Below, piece after piece: positions 53,345 to 64,000 of a stretch of 64,000 nt of DNA. The stretch is from the human T2T-CHM13v2.0 reference genome, Homo sapiens: the NCBI RefSeq assembly GCF_009914755.1, contig NC_060930.1; one strand, written 5' to 3'. Below the pieces are notes generated by a model. The model ran no database searches. It saw nothing but the letters and a program-made list of their open reading frames with translations, and was not told where the DNA came from. A program made the translations under genes and the position numbers. The first letter of the stretch is position 1. Each line of letters starts with the position of its first letter.

Positions 53345-53500
53345 CATTGTCATTGTGCCTCAGTTAGCTACTCTGATTCTCAATAATCTGAAAATTACAG
53401 ATGTTCATAAAACCTGGTTTATACGACGTCTTAATTATTAAGTAGAAAGTGCTTAGCATAGTACTAGGCAAATCTTAAGTGTTCAAATATGAGTTATTTT
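53345..53500 (+). mobile_element. MIR fragment
   Basis: TGTGCCTCAGTT...AAAGTGCTTAGCATAGTACTAGGCA...AAGTGTTCAAATA. Confidence 0.55.
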
Positions 53501-55209
53501 GTTATTTGTTTTTTGTATTTTTCCAATCCGTAGACCTTAGCTGGACATTTATTTGTAGTCAGCTAGCTGATTTGTTTTTTCTTTCTACATCTCAAGACTT
53601 TGCTGACACAAATCAATAGCCAGAGGCTAGCATTAGAATAATGAGGTAAAGAAACAAATCAATATTACTTTATATCAAACAGTAAAAAAGACTCAATTGT
53701 CTGCTATCAATGGCGTATGCAAGAAGAGAATTGTGTAAGAGAAACACTGATACCTGGATCAGTTGGGTTTTCTATTCCATAAATTCTTAATTATAACATT
53801 CCATGACTTGAAAAAATGATTGAGAATAGTTATTAGCTATTCCTATTATTTAGTAAATGCAGGTAACCAGCCATCCCTATTAAAAAACAACAACAACAAT
53901 GTAAAACAAAGAAAAACTGAATCAAAGATTAATTGTATGAAATATTTTTAATTAAAATTGATTATACTTACCAAGTCATCTATTATTTTATCAGCTAAAC
54001 TGCAGTTTTCAATTAAAATGGGAGACTTGATTTATTTTAATGAACAACATGGCAAGTCCCTCACCCCTGAAATTTAAGTGACTTACCTATATCTCAGATT
54101 GGCAAAAATAATTATATTTCCCTATGACAGTAATGAGCCACGTTCTAATACAACCACCTTACATTTCTCTACAGCATGAATTTTTCCTAACATTCTACAT
54201 TTTTTCAACCCTGATCTCTATCCAAATTTTGTCAAGAAATATGAACCAGGGGGCCAGAAAAAAACTCTTTGTGGGTTAACTACTTCACGAATAATTTCAT
54301 TATTGTATATTTTCTAATTGACAAATGGAATGTGTCACAACAGTTCAAGAGAAATGATGGGAAATATTTTCATTATTTTAGTATTATAATAAGATAGGCA
54401 AGGCCCTGAGGCATTCATAATTTTTTGATTAAATGACTTGAATGTCTCTTGTACAACTATGTACTATTTGTTATTTGTTATATTTATTATACTAGTCATG
54501 TGTGGACAAACATCCTTCCTTCTTGCTTTTCATCTTGCTTTCTAAAATTACACTGAGTAAATTTAGATTATCACGTGTGAATTTCTTGAATTTAACATCC
54601 CTAAGTCTAAAAATTGTCTGTGTGTATACATAACTTACTGGATTCTCAGAGAAATGTTGTCGTTTTTCCTTTTTGTCATCCTTTCATATGTACCTTCAAC
54701 TTTGTTTAATCTCCTGAGAGTATGTTGCATGTTTTACCTTTGGACTTGGTGTAACTTTAATCTGTTCGTCTTTTTCCTCTTTAATGGTCTCATATCTTCC
54801 TGACTAATCCTCTTTTGTAATCCTCCTTTCCATAGGAATTTTCTCAGAGATCCATCCTTCCCCTGATTCATGTTGAATCACGTAACTCTCACAAATACTA
54901 TGGCTTCATAAATACTATGGTGTTCTCTGCTGGCTACTGTATTGGCCTCCAAATACATTTTATACTACAATATTCTTCTGCATTACAAATATACTGTAAA
55001 ACTTCCTACAAGTCATCTCTTCCTGCATGTTCCATATAACCTCTAACTCTAGCTCAGTATATTTAATAAACTCTCTTTCCTCTCTAAACTATGCTCCTCC
55101 ATTTTCCCCTATACATCATTTACACAATTTCAAGAGAATCTTAGAAGTAAAATCAAATCTTATCCTTGAAATTAGCTTCTCTCCTAATGTGTATACTGCT
55201 TCAGTATTT

Positions 55210-55455
55210 TAAACTTTATTTAATTATAGTTGATATACACTAAATATTGCATCTTTAATGAATATAATTTGATAAATTTGATACGTATACACTTCTGAAA
55301 TCATTACCACATTCAAGATAATCACTGAAAAGTTTTCTCATGGCTTTTTATAAACTCCCTCCTGCTGCTCCTCACAACCCTAATGCTTTGTCCCTGTGTC
55401 CAAATGCCACTGATCTATTCTCGATATATATATATATTGAATATATAGATCAGTG
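55210..55455 (-). mobile_element. Old L1M (MB/MC/MD-type) 3' end fragment
   Basis: AACTTTATT...TTTGATAAATTTGATACGTATACAC...ACCACATTCAAGATA...CCACTGATCT. Confidence 0.65.
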
Positions 55456-55489
55456 CTATTTGGTCACAGAAGCACAGCATTAAAAATAT

Positions 55490-56790
55490 TTAGTGTATAA
55501 GAATACTTTACATTACATTGCATCTGATAGGTGATTTTTTTTATCCCTTGCCTTCCTCCCACACTGCACACTTCTGAGTCTCCAGTGTTCATTATACCAC
55601 TCTGCATGCCTATGTGTACCCAAAGCTTAGCTCTCGCTTATAAGTGAGAACATGTGGTATTTGGTTTTTCATTTCTGAGTTACTTCACTTAGGACAACGG
55701 CTTCCAGTTCCATCCAAGTTGCTGCAAAAGACATTATTTCATTTTTTTATGGTGTAGTAGTATTCTGGGGTGTGTATATACTACATTTTCTTTATCCACT
55801 TATCTGTTGATAGAAAATTTGATTCCATGTCTTTGCAATTGTGAATTGTGCTGTGATAAACAAATGAGTAAAAGTGTCTGTTTGACATAATTACTTCTTT
55901 TCCTTTGGGTAGATACCCAATAATCGAATAGCTCAATCGAACGTTGATCTACTCTTTGTTACTTGAGAAATTTCCATACTATTTTCCGTAGATGTTGTGC
56001 TCATTTACATTTCCACCAGCATGTATAAGTGTTTCATTTTCACCACATTCGCACCAATAACCAATATCTACTGTTTCCTGACTTTTTAAAACTGGCCATT
56101 CTGACTGGGGTCAGGTGGTATGTCATTGTGGTTTTATCTTTAGTTTTAGTTTTCAGTTTAGTGGTTTTTTATTTGTTTGTTTTTGTTGTTTGTTTGTTTG
56201 GAGTTTTTTTTTTTAGACAAAGTCTTCTCTGTTGCACAGGCTGGAGTTAAGTGGCAAAAACATGGCTTCAAACTCCTGGGTTCAAGTGATACTCCCGCTT
56301 TAGCCTCCTGAATAGCTGGGATTTCCGGCACATGCCACTACACCCACTGATTTTTTTATTGTTTATTTTTTTGTAGAGACAAGGTCTTTCTGTGTTTCCC
56401 AGGCTGGTCTCAAACTTCTGACTTCAAGTGGCTCTCCCACTATGGCCTTCCAAAGTACTGAGATTACAGTCATGAGCCACCACACCTAGCCTTCATTGTG
56501 ACTTTGATTTGCGTTTTCCTGATTAGTAATGTTGAGCATTTTTTATGTTTGTGGGCCATTTATTTATCTCCCTTTGAGAAATGTCTATTCATGTCGTTTG
56601 CTCACTTTTTAATGGGGTTATGTGTTTTTCATTCTTGCTGATATGCTTGAGTTCCATGTAGATTTCGTATATTATTCCTTGGTCAGATATGTAGTTAGTG
56701 AGGATTTTCTTCCGTTCTGTAGGTTGTGTATTTACTCTGTTGATTAGTTCTGTTTTCTGTGCAGAAGCCTTGTTTTTTAACAATTATCCA
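55490..56790 (-). mobile_element. L1PB3/4-like 3' fragment containing an AluJ
   Basis: CTTCTGAGTCTCCAGTGTTCATTATACCACTCTG...CTTATAAGTGAGAACATG; ORF2 C-terminal remnant. Confidence 0.8.
56136..56491 (-). mobile_element. AluJ with a degenerate long tail
   Basis: Diverged dimer; TSD core TCATTGTG at 56123-56130 and 56493-56500. Confidence 0.88.
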
Positions 56791-57064
56791 TCCCCATTTT
56801 ATTTTTCTTGTTGAACTCTTATTTATGCTTCAAGACCCAGATCTAATAGTTCTCTCTTTCTGAAACTTTTCCAGGTTCATCGAAGCAGAGGTTTTTACGC
56901 TTTCTTTGTGTAGTCACTCAACTCTTATTGCATGCATCTCAGAGGAGTGTATTTTTATGTTTGTCACTGTATAGACACAAGTCATGTCTATTTTATTTTT
57001 GTATGCCTTAGAAACTTATATTGTTTATACAGAATAGCAATAATCACAATTGCTTTTTTAAATC

Positions 57065-57380
57065 AGATATCCCAGCTCTTCACCTTTCAGTCCTGTGATA
57101 AGACTACACTTCCCTACCCTCTTTGGGCTTTTTGGGTTGTGTGGGGCCATGTTACTAGTAATGATCAATGACTTGTGAACAAAAAAATCCTACATCACTT
57201 CTTTGACAGAACTTTTCTGAAAAGAGACTCTTCAGAACACTATTATCTTTCCACAGCAACTAGCAATGCTCTAGGTGGCAGTTTATCTTGTAGCCTAGAT
57301 TCAGGAAAACATGAGTTAGAGACTACAACTCAGTTGAGATGAATACATAGCATGAATTAAAAATAACTTTTTTGTTAATA
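57065..57380 (+). mobile_element. MLT1I/J-like LTR relic
   Basis: GACTACACTTCCCTACCC...GGGGCCATGTTACTAGT...CATAGCATGAATTAAAAATAAC. Confidence 0.55.
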
Positions 57381-57389
57381 AATTTCCTT

Positions 57390-60300
57390 TTTAATTTTTT
57401 TGATAATTGACAAATTATGGTTGTATAGATTCATTGAGTAAAAACTTACATTATGATTTATGAATATAATGTGGAATAATTAAGCTAATTATATATCATC
57501 TCAAATGCTTATTATTTTTATGGTGAGAACATTTGAAATTTACTCTTCGTGATTTTTAAATGTACAAAATGCTATTATTAACTGTATTCACCACATTGTG
57601 GAAATAAATCACAAAAAAACACCTGTTACCTCTTCTAACAAAAACTTTGTACCCCTTGGCCATCATCTTCCTATTCCCCTCACTCCCTAGCCTCTCGTAA
57701 TCATCACCCTACTCTCTGCTTCTATAAATTTGATTATTTTTAATTCCACATATGTGAGAATTTGTCCTGTTGTGCCAAACTTAATTCACTAAGATTAACA
57801 TCCTCCAATTCCATTCAAGTTGTTGCAATTGACAGAATTAATTTTTATAAAATATATTGACATAAAATACTTTTTACAGAATAAATTGACATAAAAATTA
57901 CAGAATTAATTTTTTATTTATTTTTATAAAGGCTAAATAGTATTCCATTGTGTATATGTACCACTTTATCCATTCATCTGTTGATAAACTGTTAGGTGGA
58001 TTCTGATTCCATAATTTGCCTTTTATGAATAGTGCTGCAATGAACATAGGAATGCAGACATCTTTTTGACATACTGATTTCAATTTTGTGGTGGTAAGTA
58101 TCCAGAAGTGGGATAGCAGGATAATATAGTCATTTTATTTGTAATTTTTTGAGGAACTTCCATACAGTTTTCATAATGGCTTACTAGCATTTGTTAGCTT
58201 TCATTTTTTTTGATAATAGCCCTTCTGGGAGATTTCCAGTGACGTCTCATTGTAGTTTTAGTTTGTATTTCCTTAATGATTAGTGATGTTGAGCATTATT
58301 TCATATGTATGTTGACTATATGTATGTCTTCTTTTGAGAAATGTTTATTCAGGTCTCTTGCCTGTTTTCTTTTATTATTATTATTATTATTATTATACTT
58401 TAAGTTTTAGGGTACATGAGCGCAACGTGAAAGTTTGTTACATGTGTATACATGTGCCATGTTGGTGTGCTGCACCCATTAACTCGTCATTTAGCATTAG
58501 GTATATCACCTAATGCTATCCCTCCCCCTCCCCCCACCCCACAACAGTCCCCGGTGTGTGATGTTCCCCTTCCTGTGTCCATGTGTTCTCATTGTTCAAT
58601 TCCCACCTATGAGTGAGAACATGCGGTGTTTTATTATTTGTTTTCTTTATATAGGCTCATTTGAGTTACTACCATAGTTTGGATATGTACCCCTTGTCAG
58701 ATATATGGCTTGCAGATAGCTTCTCCCAGCCTAAATGTTGCCTCTTCACTCCGTTAATTGTCATCTCTGTTGTTCAAAATCTTTTTATTTTGATGAAATA
58801 CCATTTGTCTATCTTTGATTTTGTTGTATGCACTTTAGGGGTCAAATCTAAAAATTAATTCCCCAGACAAATGTTTTGTAGTGTTTCCTTTATATTTTTT
58901 TCTAGTCATTTTATAATTTCATGCCTTACGTTTAAGTCCTTAATCCAATTTGACTTGATTTTTGTATTTGGTGTGAGATAAGAGTCCAATTTCATTTTTC
59001 TGAATATGAATATCCAGTTTTCCCAACACTATTTATTGAGGAAACTGTCCTTTCTGGAGGTTTATGTGATTCCATAGGAATTTTAGAATTGCCTTTTCTA
59101 TTTTTATATTAAAAAAAGTCATGGGACTTTTGGTAAGAGTCGCACTGAATCTGTAGTTCACTTCGGGTAATATGGGCATTTTAACAATATTTATTCTTTC
59201 TATTCATGAACATATGATGTCTTTGCATTTATTTATATCTTCTTCAATTTCTTTCATTAATGTTTTATAGTTTTCATTGTACAAGTCTTTCACTCACCCT
59301 GGTTATATTTATCCCTAAGTGTTCCATTTTTATAATCATTATAAATGGGATTGTTCTCTTTTTTAAAAATTTAGTTGTTAGTGTATAAAAATGCTACTTG
59401 TTTTGTGTGTTGACAATATTTGGTAATTCAAAGTCAAGGCTGTAACATTACCATATTATTTGTTAGTTCTAATGGTTTTTTGGTGGGATCTTTAGAGTTT
59501 TCTATGTATAAGATCATGTTGTCAGAAAACAACAACTATTTTATGTTTTTCTTTGGTATTTTGATGCATTTTATTTCCTTCTCTTGCCTAATTGCTCTGT
59601 CAAGGGCTTGTAATACTGCGTTGAATGGGAATACTGAGAGTGGGCATACTTGTTTTGTTTCAGATTTCAGAGGAAGGCTCTCAATTTTACATCATTGAGC
59701 ATAATGTTAGCTGTGGGCTTATGATCTGTAGTCTTTATTTTGTTGAGGTACACTCCTTCTATAGCTAATTTGTAGAGAATTTTTTTTCCTAAAAGTATGT
59801 AGAATATCGTCAAATGTTTTTTCTACATGTAATGAGGTGATCATATCATTTTTGTCTCTTATTCTGTTAATGTGATGTATCACATTTATTGATATGTGTA
59901 TATTGAACCTTTCTTGCAGCCCAGGGGTAAATTCCATTTGGTCATAATCAATGATTCTTTTATTTTGTTTTTTAATTTAGTTTGCTGGTATTCTGTTGAG
60001 AATTTTGCATCTATGTTCATCAAGAATATTGGCTGTAATTTTTTTTTCTTATAGCATTCTTATTTTCCTTTAGTATCAGCATGTGCTGATCTCATAAAAA
60101 GAGTTTGGAAAAAACAGTTTTTCTTTGATGTTTTTAGAAGAGTTTGTAAATAATTGGTTCTGTTTTTTTAAATGTTTGATAGAACATGAGAAGCCAAGAG
60201 GTCCTGGCCTTTTCTTTGATGAGAGACTTTTCATCACGGGTTCAATCGTACTTTTCATTGGCCTGTTCAGATTTGGTATTTCTTCATGATTCGGTCTTGT

Positions 60301-60535
60301 TTGTTGTATGTGTCTAGGAAGTTATCTATTTCTTCTAGGTTGTCTAATTTGTTGGCATATAATTGTACATAGTAGTCTCTTCTGATCCTTTGTATGTCGG
60401 TGCTATAACTGTAATGTCTCCTCTTTCATTTCTGATTTTAAGTCCTCTCTCTTTTTTTTTCTTACTCTAGCTAATGATTGGTGAGTTTTGTTTATTCTTT
60501 GTTTTTTAATTAAACAACTCTTAGTTTTATTGATC
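57390..60535 (-). mobile_element. 5'-truncated L1MA5-7-like element
   Basis: 3' UTR GGTGAGAACATTTGAAATTTACTCT; ORF2 remnants (59719-59937 and 60076-60258). Confidence 0.85.
58371..58631 (-). mobile_element. Short L1PA4-like 3' end nested in L1MA
   Basis: (TTA)n tail plus TACTTTAAGTTTTAGGGTACATG...AACTCGTCATTTAGCATTAGG; TSD unclear. Confidence 0.9.
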
Positions 60536-61162
60536 AAAAATAACTTAGATGTTTTGTTCCACAAAAAGGCTAGAATTATTTTTTATGAAGTATAATCAAG
60601 TTTATCCTGACTGATAATAACTTAGATTTTCAATAAACGTTAATTGTATGCACAAACAGGCAAATCTTATTGACTTATGTATGTTATATTAAAATATTTG
60701 AAAAATAATTTCTTAAAATGAAAATACTTCATGGTTGCATGCTTTATAGTGTATAGGTAATATATTAACTGATGTACTATAGGACACTTGATTTTAAATG
60801 GTGGGCTCCAAACAAGAACTGTGTGACTACTATAAAATTTTAATTTATTGGGATTATATAGAAAATAACTAAGGTAAGGTAATTAATGGGATTTTATTCC
60901 AATTATTTATGTTAGAGGTATTGCAACCTGAACATTGATTAATGGCCATGGCATAAATTTGAGTATACAGGCTATTGTGCCGAAGATGGAAAATCGCATA
61001 GTTCTCTTTATCATTATATTTGTATTGTGCTTTGGTTTTTATAATAACATTTCACCATTATAAGATATCTTATTTTATTCTATAATTTAATTCAATAAAG
61101 TCATTATTTCCTTTTTTCCCTATCTGACAGTGTGGAAATTGAGGCAAGGGGAAATGAACTGA

Positions 61163-61332
<170 letters not shown>

Positions 61333-61499
61333 AAGATTCAGGGTATAAAATAGACCTTTATGTCCAAATGCTTATTACTTTCATAAAGAAGATTTCAAAA
61401 TATTTAAGGTGCAGCTTATGGAAATTAGTGTTCACACTAACCATAATGCTAAAAAATATCTATGAAGTTATTCTATTTCAACTAAGAAATTCTATCAAA

Positions 61500-61827
61500 A
61501 TATATCATCAATAGAGATAAAAAATGAAACTCACAGGTTGGGAAAAATATTTGCAATAAAAAAACAACAAAAGCTAAAGAGCTTTTACAAATCTATTTAA
61601 TAAATGAAAAGGACATCAAAGCTAATGTTCTTTTCGTATGTTAAATAGATTTGTAAAAGCTAAAACATGGATAGAAATTTGAATGGACACTTCACAAAAA
61701 GAATACCCAAATGGCCAGTAAGTACGTAAAAAAGTGGTTTATTTACTTTAATAATCATCAGATAAATACAAATTAGAATTACAATGCATCTTCATTCTGC
61801 TACACTCTGCAGGATAGCTAAAGAGTA

Positions 61828-61873
<46 letters not shown>

Positions 61874-62525
61874 TAATAGCAAATGTTAGCAAAGATCGAG
61901 AGAAACCAGAACTCTCATACCCTACTTGTAGGTGAACAATGTGGTGCAACCTGTATGCAAGGTGTTTGAATGTGTATACTAAAGTTAAACATATGCATAT
62001 GCTATGACAAAAATATTTTATTCTAGTATGTACACCTTAAAGTACATATGTGTTCACAGTAGAACTATTTATAATAGCCAAAAACTAGAAATTTCTCCAG
62101 TGTATGTCAACAGTAGAATGGAAAAATAAATTACACTATATACAAACAATGAAATACTGTATAGCAATGACAACAATCTTCAAGTTTGTGCAACAATAAG
62201 GAATATCATTCACATAATATTTAGTGGAAAAATATATGTACAAGAGAACATAATATATAATTTCACTTATGTAAATTTCTAAAACAAACAAGATGAATCT
62301 ATTTTGCTTAAAGTCAAAATAGTGGTTAACCTGTGGGAGGGGGTTAATAACTAGGAGAGTCATGGGAAGGTGAGATCTTATAATGTGGTGATAATAGTCT
62401 ACTTTGTGATCTTGATGCCTTTTGCACAGTTATATAAAACTCTGTAAAAACTGACTGTGAATGTTAAACTCATATGTGAATGTATATATGTATCATACTT
62501 CAGTGAAAGCTTAAAAAGTTAAAAT
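61500..62525 (+). mobile_element. Old L1ME-like 3' fragment
   Basis: GAATGGACACTTCACAAAAA...AAGTCAAAATAGTGGTTA...ATCATACTTCAGTGAAAG. Confidence 0.7.
61828..61872. repeat. (AAT)15 microsatellite
   Basis: Read directly from the sequence. Confidence 0.97.
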
Positions 62526-63104
62526 CAATAATCAAAATATATCTTATTTTCCAGAATTCTGTGTTTACTTTATATTTCCATTTTTAAGAAAATTGGTAAA
62601 GGCAGTGATCAGTGATAATCTTTACTCCACTTTGTGACTATTTTTCCGTATATAATGAAAAGGAAAACAAATAACATGTGACATTTCAATGAGCCACATT
62701 AAAAATAATATCCAACACAGTGGTACATGACACCAAAATATGACATAAACATATATTTGGCATTTGAAAATATAGAGGTTATCCTCACAGTTCTAAAAAG
62801 CAAAGGGGCAAAATCATTCATTCAGTATTTTGTTGATATTGTAATTGTTTACCAGGCAAAAGTGTGACACCAATTATAAAAAATGCATTATAATTATTAC
62901 AGTTCATTTGTTCTCTCAGCAAATTATAAGAGATCTCAGAATAACAGAAACCCAGAGCTGACAAGTGCAACTTTACTGGAAAAGAAAACAAAACCCCATA
63001 TTCTTCAAGATCACTTGAAAATTTATTTGTGTTTAAATAATTATTTCAGATGATGCTTGTGCTCCTAATAATCAATTAATGGGGAAAAATGTCTTTTCAT
63101 TACC

Positions 63105-64000
63105 CATTTGAAAGCAATTGTTATTTAGTGCCTACTCTGTGCCAGCACAAAATACATATTTATCTAGCACCTAATAGTAAGCCCAGTGGCTTAATATTTG
63201 GAGACACACCAAGATAGTATAAGATAATCACATTCTCAACCAATGTCATGGTAGCAAGAAAATGATAGATGCATTTTGCTTAACATTCAGCGTATTTTCT
63301 ATTACATAGATGGCAAAATATATAACAAAATATTCTCAGTACTGCTTTAGATTATTTCTTTCAGAAAAAGGCTGGGGTAGGGGAATACATTATTTCAGTT
63401 CATAGAAGGATATTGAAGTTAACTGGGACTTGAATGTTGGAAGTGAAAATGATTTAGTGTAATGAGATTTTGAATATAAATTAAAAGTAAACCAACAAGT
63501 TGTGCCAATGGACTTGGTGTGTGGAAAATCAGGGATGACACCCAGGTCTTAGATTGGAAACTTCGCAGAAGTGTTGACATTAGGTAAAATGGGAAAGACT
63601 GAATCTTAATTGTTATGGTATGAACCTGCTCAGTTTGTAATCCTCAGGAAAGGTCTACTGGAAGCTCTGTATGAGAATCCAAAGTTTAGGAAATACTATA
63701 GCACTAGAGATGGGACTGGACCTAAAGAGAAATTATTGGAAGTTTAACAAAAAAGGCCAAAAACTGAACCTTTAACTCTTCCAATATTTGGAGGTCAATC
63801 AGACAAAGAGGGCCAGCAAATAATCTAGAATGAACAGCCAGGTAGAAAAGATGAAAATAAGGAAAATAAATTTCTTTAAGAAAAAAAGATATTGACAAAT
63901 ATGACAGCTGATCCTGAAAAAGATTGAGTGTGATGAGAACAGATACCTGTGAGAGTCAGCCAAGACATCCCAACAGTACATGAAGGCTTGTATCTATTTA
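63105..64000 (-). mobile_element. L2 LINE relic
   Basis: TTATTTAGTGCCTACTCTGTGCCAGCAC (L2 3' end) and AATCAGGGATGACACCCAGG motifs. Confidence 0.55.

Overview
This is hominid (human or great-ape) genomic DNA, AT-rich and very rich in LINE-1; L1 makes up roughly 60% of the window by my hand count. It holds two old, near full-length L1MA-type elements (3865-16927 and 29686-44219) that host younger nested insertions, a full-length L1PA4/5-like element (8332-15093) and a full-length L1PA2/3-like element (21326-27357). There are also several truncated L1PA, L1PB, L1MA and L1ME pieces, five Alu or Alu fragments, MaLR (MLT1) LTRs, MIR and L2 relics, and microsatellites. Nearly all long ORFs in the supplied track are decayed L1 ORF1/ORF2 or their antisense shadows, and no L1 here is intact. 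The main observations are: (1) the two full-length L1PA elements belong to different subfamilies yet share a ~680-bp near-identical tract, including the same inactivating frameshift, plus further shared patches, which points to ectopic gene conversion or an assembly artefact; (2) a phase-consistent chain of small candidate exons lies on the minus strand in the unique DNA, from a gene I cannot identify; (3) L1s from before and after ZNF93 escape sit side by side; (4) there are several non-canonical L1 integration products: a twin-priming inversion, a target-site deletion, ultra-short insertions, and an L1-in-L1 with an internal deletion. Subfamily names come from remembered consensus features and need RepeatMasker/Dfam confirmation. 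I see no convincing evidence of a wholly new biological system.
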